Of a stretch of DNA of 64,000 nucleotides, positions 1 to 12,279 are shown one piece after another. Position 1 is the first letter of the stretch. Every line of letters begins with the position of its first letter. Made by a program: the position numbers and the translations under genes. The notes below the pieces were generated by a model. It had not been told where the DNA came from. It made no database searches and saw only the letters and a program-made list of their open reading frames with translations. The DNA is from Lama guanicoe (Eukaryota), in contig MU054187.1 in the NCBI GenBank assembly GCA_013239625.1, positions 9,319,231 to 9,383,230 on the forward strand, read 5' to 3'.

Positions 1-2890
1 TAGAGATTAGGTTTTATAATTCTATAACTGACAGAATTTAAATGAAGAGTAAAGACAGTGTATCCTCCCTTTTGAAGTCCTTTAAAGGGTAGGATCTCAA
101 TATCTTAGGAATTAAATTGATTTGCCAATCATCATTTCAACACAAATATCTACCACTCGCCTCACTGAGGAAATGTAACATTAGAGGGTGTTTATTGGTT
201 TGCTTTGTTTATTTTTAGATATGGACTTTCCAGTTGTTCTCCAGCCTACAAATGCAAATGAGAAAACACAGCTAATCAGAGAAGGACCTCGAAGTTATTG
301 TACAGACTCTTAATATTGAGCCCACTGAGGGTCCACAATATCTCCTCTTGGTTCAGCCATGTCTCCAGGTGGTCTTGATGGGGGAGGGTAGGGGACATGA
401 AATACTGTGAACTTTTCCACGTTTGTATTTTATTTTAGGTTAAGGAAAGATGATTGCTACATAATTTTCTCAGTATGCAGATTCACTCTTTCAGTAGAAT
501 TCCTAACAGAAACACATTCCATTTTGATGAATAAAGGCCTGAAGAGTTGTTTTATGCTCATTGCATGAGGTAAGACAGTGGTATTGGACAGGCTTTTGAA
601 CCTGCCCTTTATCTGAGCCAGACCTCATTCCTTATAGACTAAAGTAGTATTCCAAAACAGAAGCCATTTTTCATCTATTATTTAACTAAATGCAGTGTTC
701 ATATCTGCCATTACAAATCATCAGTAAAACACAGATGAGAATTTAAGAGAAATTTTTGTGTGTGTGGAGATTTTTCCTGCTCATATTCAACATGGCTACA
801 GAAAGAGTTCAAGAAGCAGGAAGAAATTATTAGGTAAAAAAGATAAGTCACATTATTTTAAAGTATATTTTTCAAAGGTTAAACACAGTCATTCACTGAA
901 AACTGACAAATAAAACCAGGAAGAAAGTTTTTTGTATACTTTAGATTGGCATAAGAACGAAAACAAAAACAAAACTTTGACCTGGTTAAATGTTATAAAT
1001 GATCCAGAAAATCACCCAAACCAGCCCCAAACAATGTGTTAAACATTCTTAAGTAAAAATAATTTTTTTAAAAAAGGCTTAGTCAGACTAAGAAAAAGAA
1101 ACACATGAGGTAAAGGATAGAATTCTCGATTCTATAGCCTAAAATCAAATTTAAAGGCATATCACTCACCCCATTTTCCGTGAGATTAATAACACTGACC
1201 AGAAAATGCTAAGCTCTGCGAATGTTAAACATTTATGCTTGGAGGTCATCTCTGCATTTACTTGTTTGATTCTTATATTCATTACGTGGTAGAAACTGCT
1301 GCTTACTATTTGCGTTTGGTTTTTTTCAGGTCTTCCTTAGTTCTTTATGTAATATCGCATTTTTCAAGATCTTATGTTTTTATATAATATTGCATGAAAT
1401 GCCATTTCCTTTTCTCTTTGTTTCTTATTCTTCCCCACCACCAAGTTAATTAAGGCTAAATATACATTGTAAGTGAGAATTGGTGTTACAGCTCTGACAG
1501 TGTGACAGCATTAAAACTCTGCCCTAACTCTTGAGTTTCTGGAATCTTTCTTTAATCAACATAATCAAATAGAAAGAGCCCTGGTTTGAGAATTAAGAAC
1601 CTGGTTCTAATTTAAGCTCTCACAAACTAGCCCTGGGACCAAGCGAGACAAGAATAAAATGGCTAATCTCCCTCTGACTCCGTTTTCATACCTGCTCTGT
1701 CCACCTTCCAAATTGCTGCAAGGCCAGGTGAAATAGTTAAGGTGAAAGAACTGTGAAGAGTCAAGTGTTTAAGAAGTGTAAGATGGTTTTACACGAGTCT
1801 GTATATGTTGATAACATAGACAAAGAAAGGTAATGTGACTTCTTACGTACATAAACTGTCTTACCCAACAAGAACCATTAAGATACCAATAGTAACATCC
1901 CAGTGACCAGCAAGTGCTCAGAACTCTGTACTTAACAAATGAGTACCACTTTCCATTTGAAGGGAACAATGAGATAAAAAGCCCCACATCTGGATAATCT
2001 GAGCTACCACATGTCCTTCCTGAGGACTCTAAGCAAAACATGAATCCTGTTTTTGAATAGCAACCTGCAAATCACAAAGCTCTTCTTTTCTTTCTCTCTC
2101 AGACCTCATTAGATCTCATTTTTCTTTCTCACATAGAACTTTTTACTTCTACTCCCAGCTTTCCCAGAGAGCTGGTAAAAGAGTGGTTACAGTGAGAACA
2201 GGACATGAATTAGAATCAGAATCAGATGGTGGAATTAAATTCCTGGAGGGGTTCTAGCCAATGTTTCCCACATAGGGCTAGTTTCCAGTCACAATGATAT
2301 GTGGCAAATCCAAGCACATGGATGTCTATGAGTGAGGGAATGAACTCTACAGAATGCCTCTTAGCTACATAGAAACAAGGATCAACTCTCCATCTGAGGA
2401 GGGGACAGGTAAGAATCATATGGGAGTCAGCAGGAGTTGCCATCTGGAATCACCTGCTGTTCTGAATCCACAAGCATTTTAGCAGAGAAGCAACAAGGAA
2501 AGAAGAGATATGCTGACCATGATCCTCAGCAATGGTTGCATGGCCCTGGTTAACGCAGGGTTAAACAAACTTCCCACTTCAGTGGCTCAGGACCTAATCC
2601 TGGCCTCCAGGCGATTAGAGCAGGGGATTTCATACAAGGTTTCATAGGTCATCCATTTATTTTTTTGTTGTCTTACATTAGAATATAATAAAAAAAAATA
2701 TGAATTTTTATTTACCAGAATACACATATGTTATTTCTTTGAGCATAAATGACATTCTATTCTGCATTTCCAATGGTATACAGACAGAAACACATTTGAC
2801 ATGGCCTAGCTTGGAAATACACTTACCTGGTAATGCACTGCCTCATCCTCTGACCCATAGAAAGGGTGCCACTTACGGCTGAATGAGCCC

Positions 2891-3345
2891 TGTGATAACA
2901 GGCACAGTAACGGCCCCCCAAGATGTGCCTGCCGTAACTCCCAGAAGCCATGAATACATCACCTTTCATGCAAAAAGGACTGCAGATGTCATTAATAACG
3001 ACCTTGAGATAGGAAGGTTATCCTGGATTATCCAAATGGGCCCAATCTAATCACTCTGGCCCTTATAAATGGAGAGCCTTTCCTGACTATGGAGAGAGAG
3101 GTGTGACTACAGAAGAATGATCAGAGAGATGCAACTGAAGATCAGAGGATGATCAAAGATATGCTTTAAAGACAGAAGAGGGAAAGGGCCATGAACCAAG
3201 GTATGCAGGCAGCCTCTAAAAGCTAGGAAACTCAAGGAAATGAGTTCTCCTCTAGAGCCTTCAGAAAGAAACACAGCTCTACCAACACCTTGCTTCAGCC
3301 CAATGACACCCAGGTCTAACTTCTGACCTCCAAAACTGTTAATAC
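2891..3345 (+). mobile_element. Old ERVL-MaLR LTR (MLT1-like)
   Basis: MLT1-type blocks: GGTTATCCTGGATTATCCAAATGGGCCCAATCTAATCAC and AAGGAAATGAGTTCTCCTCTAGAGCCTTCAGAAAG...TTCTGACCTCCAAAACTGT. Subfamily and ends approximate. Confidence 0.75.
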
Positions 3346-4349
3346 TGAATCAGCGCTCCTCACTTGCTTCTTCATTGTCCTTCTTACTCCTTATTTTATA
3401 TTTCACTCCCTCATCCTGTATCTCTTATTTTCTCCTTTGTCCTTTCTCTTCCCTGTTTCTCAGTATCCATCTTCTTCCCTGTCCTCCTCCCTTCTCCCAC
3501 TTCTACCTTTCTTACATTTGACCTTCATTTCTCTGTTTTAGTCTCCTAATCTCGCTGATCACCATTGTCAACTCTCTACCTTCACATTTACTAGGACTTT
3601 TAGATAAACTGAACTACTGGCAATCTACCCCTACTGGTGGCGGTGGAGAGAGAGAGAAATAGTCTGGGCAACAGCATATTATTTGTTAAAGGAATGTCTT
3701 CTCCTCTCCAGCCTCAAGTGCAAATAATCATAATGCTAATAGGCACAGGAGGAACAAAAGTATTTTTCATTCACTTCTCTGAGTATTGACAGATAGAAAT
3801 AATTTATAGTGACTACATTCATTTGAATGTATGGTAAGATAATGTATTAGACATTAATTTCATTCTTAGTGCTTTCGGAAACTTAAAGGAACGAATACTC
3901 TTCTGCTTTATCTTAAAAAGGTCACACCCTTGTTGAAGAGAAGTACCCCCATCATGAGGGGCCTCTAGACTAAAGCTGGGTTTGAGAGTTTTGGGGGAAG
4001 TTCCAAGAGTATCCCAGACTTGTGTCCCCACCGGGGAGAGCCTCTGATGAGCTAGCAATTGGATGTTCAGGTGACAAAATTAAGTAATGGCTTTGTAGAC
4101 ATAAGGAAAGATTCCTGTGCCCACATCTGGCCCATCAAAGGAACCACACAGGGCTGGATACTGAAACCTCAGGACCCAGGCTGGAGCAATACGAAGGGCT
4201 CAAAACTCACTTGGGGAACAAAGATATAATCCCTACAGACACTTTGCAGCCCTAAGAAAGGGAGGGACTCTCAAAACCTAGGAGGTGAAATTTCTCGCTA
4301 CCTTGTTAAACTATAGCTCTGAGTCAAAATTAGATTAATTTAGAACATA

Positions 4350-4610
4350 TAATCAGGAGACTTGCCCAAGATCTTTTCTCAAATGTCACTTCTCTGTAGG
4401 CTTTCCCTGACCACCCTGCCTAGGACTATAACATCCCCTACCTCACGCTTCCTATTCTCTACTTTTTATCCTTAGTACCTTTCATGAACATACTTTTTAT
4501 CTTTCTCCCACCTCACAAACACAAAGGTTTTTGTCTGTCTTGTGTCCTCAATCCCCGGGCTTAAAACAGTGCCTGACACATGATAGATGGCTGGGAAATA
4601 TTTGTTATAT
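4350..4610. mobile_element. L2 LINE 3' fragment (ancient)
   Basis: CTCAAATGTCACTTCTCTGTAGGCTTTCCCTGACCACCC and ACAGTGCCTGACACATG...AAATATTTGTT are typical L2 3' motifs. Ends approximate. Confidence 0.6.
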
Positions 4611-6683
4611 GAGAAAAATTTTAACCTGTGTCATAGAATAAAGAAATCCCTACCTGCTAGAAATGCAAAAGCTGCTAGAATCCTTAGTTTTTAGGAAGCC
4701 TTAGCATATTAATAGCGAAAATTAATATGTTACCTTGGCACTTAATCAAACCTCTGACCCAATTAGTTATCTTTTAAAAGAATTTCAGCAGCCTGTCACC
4801 CCTTACTCCTTACTGATATGAAGGCAAATGTCCATTTCCAGGATAACAGTCCTCCCAACAGAGAAAGACCTTTATTCAAGAAACACAAGTCCTCCTCTCC
4901 AAAACTGCACTTCTTCCAGCCCTCCTAAACACTTAAGTAACATTCATTTTCATATTATTCCTGAGCAGTTCTAGACCACAAAGGGCCAGAAATTTAGATT
5001 ACCTCATGTTTAACTAGTTTCCATAAAATTAGCACTTGGCTCAAATTAGCAGTGATTTCTGGAACTACATCCTAAGAGTCAGACTTTACATCTGTATTTT
5101 GCACAGTGCTAAAAACAAAGTAGGAAACCAATACATCGCTGTTGATTGATTCTCACAACATATATCCTCATTTCTGAGAAAAGTCCTTCTCCAAAAGAAG
5201 ACCTTCACATGCTCAGTGCCAAGTGAAGGGGTAAGTGCGATACAGCTTTCTGGAATTTTCATGCTGTTCCAGGGCTGTCCCAGAGAAGCGAAACAAAATC
5301 CCTAGAATCAAATCAGTAGTCACAGGACAGCTGTTAACACATTCTGCTCACTGCTGGGCTACCAACTGAGCTTTCTAACAGCAGAAAATCTGATTATCAG
5401 CTTCTCCAATGCCTGAAAGTCCACCAGGCACATCCTTATTCCCAACGCCAGGGAGAGAGATCATACCTGGGGAGGGTTTCTTTTCTTCTTACTTCTAAGC
5501 AATCTGCTCTGGTACCCAAATATCTCCCCACTCCTGAGATGTTGTCCAGATTTATCTCCACTCAAGTTTCATCCACAATACACTTTCTTTTCTGGGGGAG
5601 AAAAATTGGGGGACATTTTTTAGTACAGATATTCACTTCGGCAATGAAATTCCAACATTTTCTTAAATTTTTTATTTTAGAACAATCTATTTGGTCATGT
5701 ATATACATTAAATACTTACTAAACCGGCATTTTCAGAATTATTTATTATAATTGCAAAAAGCAGTATTTTAAAGCTAATCTAGCTTAGCTTTATAAAAGT
5801 CATACATGAAAGTCCTCAGGCAATTAAAAGTATTGTCTATATATTGATTCACTTACTAGCAAAACAGCTTTCTATAAAATTATTTAATTTCAAAAGTTTA
5901 TTTAGCATGGAATTTATTTTTTAAATTCAATATATAGCATACTAGGAAATTTAACTTTTCACCTTAGCAATCACACTTTTAGTTTTCCAGAAAACAATTT
6001 TTCTGTTGTCGTTCCTTTTAATATCACCTTGTTCTGCTTTTTTTATTTTCATTTTGTTTTATGTTTATTTTTATTTTGTTGGTTAGGTATCCTCTTGGAT
6101 GCCCCTAAAGATATCAGCATTCTAAAAAGTAGTTCTGTACTATTCCTTGCATTATCTCTGTTTCCTCCCGGGTCAGTTATTTTGTTGTTTTCACCTAGGA
6201 GTTTCTTTTTTTAAGCTGCTTTTGTTTCCTCTCCAATGTCTGGTAGACATATGTTCATATTCATGAATCAAGGACAATACTGACTTGTATTTGTAAAGTG
6301 GCTAAGTAGGCTTTTCCATTTACATGGTGCGAGCCCAAGATGCCCCAAACTGCCAACTTAACGAAGGACTCACAGACCCTGAGAGTGGTGAAGAGGTAGC
6401 CTTTCTTCCTTACCATGTCTCTTATTATTAGGTTTTACTCTGCCTCTCTCCGCAGCCCTATATTCCCCAGGCAAACCTACTTTGCTTAAGCAGTTCTCCA
6501 GGTAGCTCCAGCTGTGGGCAAATACAGAAGCATCTGCATAACGTCGTGAGCCTCTGACCTGTGAGCTGCTGCCTCCGTGCCTAGAGCCTCTTGGGGTCTC
6601 CCTGGGGAATATGGTTTTGTTTCTGAAAGCTTCTAGGATACATACTCCGAGCTGCAATTTTTCTCGATTCTGGCCTATGTGTC

Positions 6684-6999
6684 TGTCGGCAGCCTTAAGT
6701 GGGGCTCAGGCCAAAGTTCACAATAGCTTGCACCTGGTCAGAGGTAAATGTACGCGTGCGCTAGTCGCTTGAGTACGCATTAGGAACACTACGCATGCGC
6801 CAGTAGCGTGAGTCGGCATTATGAACACTGCGCATGCACCACTAGCATTATAAAAGGACAAGTGCATACAACTGGGCACCCGCGCTTCCCACTTGTACTG
6901 CAATAAAGTGCTGTTTTGCTCCATGTCGGCTCCTGGTGCATTTTTCCAGTTGGGCAGCTCACCTCGTCAAATACCTCTTCAGCCCCCCCTTGGCTGACA
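6684..6999 (+). mobile_element. Solo ERV LTR, CpG-rich, with internal 39-bp tandem repeats
   Basis: Starts TGTC(GGCAGCC) and ends (GGCT)GACA. Flanks GTGTC/ATGTC form a near-perfect target-site duplication. TATAAAA at 6849-6855 and AATAAA at 6902-6907 are in U3-R order. Confidence 0.7.
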
Positions 7000-8759
7000 A
7001 TGTCCATACAATTTTATTTGCTTTCCCCATCTCAGAAATTATTTAAAAGTTCAGGTTTGCTGACTGTACCTACTTTGTTTTCCAGGGGGCAAAAGAACTT
7101 TTCTTTTTGTGTATTTTTATTATCTTTCACTGAGATCTCAAGGAGGGACGCAATCACATGTGCCCAACTGACTGTATTCTCACAAGACTGGAAGAGAGGC
7201 GGGATCTCTCTGAGGCCTCTTTCACAAGGGCACTATTCCCATTCATAAAGGCTCTGCCCTCATGACCGTATCACCTCCCCATAGGCTCCACCTCCTAATA
7301 TATTAGGTTTTAAATATCTGAATGGGGGGGTGATGTTCAATCCTCAACAATAGACAACAGTAACTTTTAGGGTAGGGGGCTGGCTAGCAGCATGCTAGAG
7401 AAGCATAGAGAGGAGCTGGGAAGCACTGAGGAAAATCATAAGGAGGCCTAGTTACATTTCCTCCATGGTTTCTTTGGGACACCCCTGTAACATCATAACA
7501 AATATCTCTTGCTTACATTAGCTCTGTGTGAATTTCTATCACAAGTAAGAGAGACAGAAATCATGAAACATCCTGACCCTTTTGGAACGCATCACTCTGG
7601 TCATGCTGGCTGTTGTGGGAGAAGAAGGGGTTACACCAAAGGGGCCAGGGTTCCTGCCGAAGTGCACATGACAGTGACCTCTGCAGATCATAAACACCTT
7701 ACTTGCCACCCTCATAAAATGCGAAGGTACAAACAAGATGGAGGCCCTTTCCTCTAACTTACAAGGTTCTTTCCATAAACTTGGGAGGAGGGGTGCGACA
7801 TATCTCCCCAACTTCTCACAGAGATTATTTTTTTTAACTCTCAGAAACACGATATAACTTTAAAGAGCTATCAGTTTGTTGCGTTTAAAAAAATGACAAA
7901 ACGCTCCCTAGGAAACAAAAATAAAACCCATCATCATTTTATTCAAATAGCCTGTGTTTGACCCCACCCCCTAACTGTTTAACTCCTTTAATCATGTTTG
8001 TGAAGCCTTAAGGAAGCCGCCTTCCCACTTAACTGGCTCTTTTCCCTCACCTCACTCTTTCTCTTCCTTAATGCATCTTCACATTTCATTAAAACTTCTA
8101 CTTGGGGAATAGCTACCCTACTTGAGGAGGCTTATTCTAAACTCCTTTCAACAAATAAGACTAATAACTGCAAAATAAAAACTCAGCTCAAACCAGTATT
8201 ACAGCCTCTTGGTTAAAAGGCCCTTGAGGGCAGAAACCAAAGCCTTAGATGGTTTTTCCGAGCTGCTGACAGCCGAGAAGGGGCTCAATACCTTTGTTAA
8301 ATGAAATGTACAACAGGAACGGGCTCAAAAAGACCTTGTAACATTTTCCCCCCTCTCCGTTGTCACCAAGAGTAGAGGTAGTTTAGTACCTGAGGAACTG
8401 CAGGCGCTTACAGGCCCCGACGAGCAGAGCCGCGGGAGAAGCAGCCCCGGGATGTTAACCAGCTCCCTCTTGGACAGAGGGCTTGGCTTTGGGGCTCCCT
8501 CCCCGGCTGCCGACCTGGAGCCCCTGAGAACCGCCCCTCGTTTCCTCGCCTCGCCCCGAGCCGTCCTCCAGGCCCGGCCTACGGCGACCTGTCAGCGCTC
8601 CGGAACTTCCCAACATCTGCGAAGTTCGACAGCGCGGCCCTGGAAACCAGGGGCCACAGCCCTCCGCTCTCCAAGTGCGGTAAATCTCTCTGGGCATGTG
8701 TGCTTTGGAGAAACCAGAGGAAGTAGAAACCTCTAATTTTGGAAACAGGTGACAAAAAC

Positions 8760-8832
8760 TTTGAAACAAGGGAATTGGACCTACAATCCTCTGGTTCGTG
8801 GTCTGACGCATTACCCGTGGCACAACAGGCCC
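8760..8832 (-). pseudogene. Degenerate tRNA-Arg(ACG) relic
   Basis: Reverse complement GGGCCTGTTGTGCCACGGGTAATGCGTCAGACCACGAACCAGAGGATTGTAGGTCCAATTCC aligns ungapped (45/62 by hand count) to the recalled vertebrate tRNA-Arg-ACG. ACG anticodon retained; 3' acceptor strand lost; B-box mutated. Confidence 0.75.
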
Positions 8833-9163
8833 ACACAAGGAGAGATCTGAGGGGAAATAAAGATTACACAGTAGTGACTTCACACTCGACAGTAATTCCT
8901 CTAACACAGGTTAGTAAAGAAAAAGCGCGACAGGTACGCGGTCGTTCGTCGGAGTCTCTCAGTCTTTCCCGCCCTACTTTAGTTAGGTTCCCCCGAGCCA
9001 CAGCCGGGTTGTCTTTCTACGCATGCGTAAAACACCACCCCGGCACAGCTCCCTTCGCGCCCGCTCCCTCCACTACGCATGCTCAATTTGATCTCTGGCT
9101 AATTGTCGAGCGCGCTCTGGTTCTTATGTACTGAATCTCGGGGGCGCGCGTGCTCTACCCGTC

Positions 9164-9255
9164 CCTTCGATAGCTCAGCTGGTAGAGCGGAGGACTGTAG
9201 TTGACACTGACTGGAAGTCATCCTTAGGTCGCTGGTTCGATTCCGGCTCGAAGGA
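9164..9255 (+). tRNA. tRNA-Tyr(GTA) with 19-nt intron (9201-9219)
   Basis: CCTTCGATAGCTCAGCTGGTAGAGCGGAGGACTGTAG-[intron]-ATCCTTAGGTCGCTGGTTCGATTCCGGCTCGAAGGA; T8 Pol III terminator at 9262-9269. Confidence 0.98.
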
Positions 9256-9807
9256 GACAACTTTTTTTTGTTTGTTTTCAACTTCATATGATTTATGGTC
9301 CTTTCCATGGGTATCTTTTCCACAAATATCCTTCTCTATAAAACCTCACGTTCCAAAGAACAGCTGGAAGCTCTTGCACTTTCGCTCCAGTTTTGGCCTC
9401 TGTCAGCTTCCCCGCTGTGAAACCTTTTGCAAGTCCCGGAAGCGGGGATGAGAGGTCCAAGTCTGCGCTCGACGGGGCGGCTGCCGGGTCGCGGCCTTTT
9501 ACTGAATTCTAAAGCGCCTTTGGCCTTTTCCGAGCCCCAGAGTCAGACAGAGAAAGCCACGGCGACCACGCGGCGTCTCGAGCCAACGGCTGCTCCCCGG
9601 GGCCAGGCCTCGGACCTTCTCCTCAGAGCCCGGGCAGGGTCGGCGGCGTGAGTCCTCGCTGCGGCTGCCGTGGGAGGTGGGAGGTCCGCGAGGAGGATCT
9701 TGCGCTCAGAGAACCCGGGAATTACAAAGGAAACTCGGTAGAAAACGCACGAAACCTAGAAATGACCAAATGTTATGAAGCTAAGTTGGCGGGCCGTTTT
9801 CCTGCTC

Positions 9808-9896
9808 CCTTCGATAGCTCAGCTGGTAGAGCGGAGGACTGTAGACGCTAGTCCGCGGCCATCCTTAGGTCGCTGGTTCGATTCCGGCTCGAAGGA
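9808..9896 (+). tRNA. tRNA-Tyr(GTA) with 16-nt intron (9845-9860)
   Basis: Mature sequence identical to the first copy, different intron; TTTT at 9906-9909. Confidence 0.98.
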
Positions 9897-10026
9897 AACC
9901 TTTCATTTTGTTACTTTGATCTTAGGTACTAGACAAGATCAAGAATGCGGTCAAGAATATTTATCGTCACTGCCAAATGCCATGACCTCTCTCTAGAGGA
10001 AGCGATAACCAGCCGTGCCCAGCGGT

Positions 10027-10099
10027 GGGGGATTAGCTCAAATGGTAGAGCGCTCGCTTAGCATGCGAGAGGTAGCGGGATCGATGCCCGCATCCTCCA
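10027..10099 (+). tRNA. tRNA-Ala(AGC)
   Basis: GGGGGATTAGCTCAAATGGTAGAGCGCTCGCTTAGCATGCGAGAGGTAGCGGGATCGATGCCCGCATCCTCCA; G3:U70 identity pair; TTTT terminator at 10101-10104. Confidence 0.98.
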
Positions 10100-11474
10100 G
10101 TTTTCCTCTTGGTCTCGCGTGGTACTTTTTCTTTCGATTCTCACTCAGCTCGAACTAGAGCTGCAAGTTGGCTACTGGGGCAAGTGAGACGTTAAGCGAG
10201 CTTAAGGTTACCGGTCTTGAAACTACCCAGACAAGGGATAACGGGTGCTAGCAGGATTAATTTTTCTAACTTTAAAATTTTAGACCCATTTACTTTGGGA
10301 AGTTCGCGAAATTGGTTCTTTTTCTTTCCAAAAATAGCGACGGATTGCAGTCACATCTGTCGACACTGACTCCTTTGTGATTTGTAACTAATGGTTGCAC
10401 TTACAGGGACATATCTGAGTTTAAACTGCCCATAGTTAGGAGAAACTTGACAGAAAAGCAAAATGAAAAACAGAACTTGGAAAAGGAAGTTGACTACTTT
10501 AAACTTATGTTGAGCCAAGGCGGCAAGGACTATTCTGGTCCATTTAAACTGCATACAGTGGTGTGCCCGGCTCTTGGCAGATCCCAGATGGGTATGATGA
10601 AGGTAGGGGTACCTGAGGAGTGGTCAGGAAGTGGGAAAGGCCCAGAGGCTTATTGCTGAACGAGGATCCTAATGCCATTTTTCTCCTGGATAGTAACTGT
10701 GGAGAGTTAACTAGAGACCACAATGGGAGAAAAGTTCTACCTAGCGCTGCCTTTGAGGGTAGTCTGTTTTGTTAAACAAAGACCTGACAAAAACAAACAC
10801 AAATATACTCACTGAAAGATTTTGGAAATTTAGCAGAATATACACAAAGGCTTGTCTGGTAATAAATCCTCTCTATTCTAATTTACTAGAATACAGCCAT
10901 GAAAAACCACACTGCAGTTCTCAACACAAGATACAAATCTTTCAAAGGCAGAGATAATACTTTTTGGGGGGATTACAATTAACAAATGAAAATACTTTAA
11001 TCCTATGTCCATTTTAGAAACTTACATGTTTTTGTGACCCATGTATACAACCTGCTTTTTTTTTAACTGGTGTTTCTTTCATTTTCTAGGGCAGCCTCCA
11101 TTTTAAATTCTTTTCAATAAAATCTTTGAATTGAATGTATAATGATTCACTTAAAATATATCATTATTTTTGTGAAAACAAATATACAAAGTAAAAAAAA
11201 GAAGAATCCTTTTATCAGATGAAATGTCCCAATTTCTGGCTGGGATGATGGGTGTTTTAGCTGGCTGACTGGAGGAGCTGGCAGTGAAACTATGTATAAC
11301 TACAAGAGCAAGAAATGGATAGTAAGTGAAGAAATAGGAAGGAATGTACCCCAAATCCAGGTGGAGAACACATGTTTGGAGCAGGTGAGCTGGGCAAGAG
11401 CTCAAACAAAGTCAGAATCAACAACTCAGGTGGAATGGAATTCATATTAAAAAATCTAAAGGCAAAGGTGAGAG

Positions 11475-11710
11475 GCACTACTGCACAGTGGTTAGTCATG
11501 TGGGCTCTGAAGCCTGATAGACTTTCTTGTCTTCGCTATTTCTTAGCTGGGTGACTTTGGGCAAGTTGCTTGACATCTTGGTGCTTCAGCTTCCTCATTT
11601 GTAAAAATAGGGATGATAATAATGGTACCTACTTTTAATTAAGGTATAACACATAAAGGCCTTATTACAGTGCCTGGCACATAGTAAACACAATGAACGT
11701 TAGCTGTTAT
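11475..11710 (+). mobile_element. MIR SINE
   Basis: MIR core GCTGGGTGACTTTGGGCAAGTTGCTT...CAGCTTCCTCATTTGTAAAAATAGGGATGATAATA and tail CAGTGCCTGGCACATAGTAAACAC. Confidence 0.8.
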
Positions 11711-12279
11711 CTATCTATGTTATCAGCACGCCATAGAGGGAAGGTCTGGAGGGAATATTCTGAGGGTTTGTATGTGCATTTATATAAACATATACTGAAG
11801 TACGTGAAAGAGGTATTTGAGTCTCCTGTGCAGGAAAGTAGAACAAGTCTAAAAGTACAAAATGATGGTTAAATAAATTACGGCATGATTGTATAATGGT
11901 ATAGCCATTGAAATTATATTTATTAAGAACTTCTATTGACATGGAAAATGTTAATAACTGAATGTTAACTGAATAGAGTAGGTATAAAGCAATATAAACA
12001 ACAGCAATATAAACATCCATAAATTATCTGTAGGAAATAGTGAAGAACGCATTAAAATGTTAACAGTAGTGATCTTTGGATAGTAGGAGTACTATGATTT
12101 TTTCCTTCCTTAAAATTTAAAAATATTTTGCAAGTTCTGCAATAAACATTTATTATTTTTAATTGAAAATATAGATGAATTTTTAAAAATTAACACCTAA
12201 CATTTCTTCAACACCTCCTGCAAGATAAGCACAATTCTAGTTACTTTACGTGCATTAATTCATTTATTTCTCTCATCAA

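Larger units (their letters stand above)
8400..10350. promoter_or_regulatory. CpG-rich island spanning the tRNA cluster
   Basis: Visibly high CG density against AT-rich flanks. NRF1-like CTACGCATGC at ~9017 and ~9073; ETS core CCGGAAG at 9436-9442. Confidence 0.7.

Noticed and set aside
1-2800. Possible 3' end of the expected upstream neighbour DNAJC5B
   Set aside because: No J-domain or cysteine-string coding sequence is recognisable; only AT-rich non-coding DNA and old repeats.
6751-6845. 39-bp repeat array as CRISPR-like
   Set aside because: Mammalian DNA, contiguous units without unique spacers, inside an LTR.
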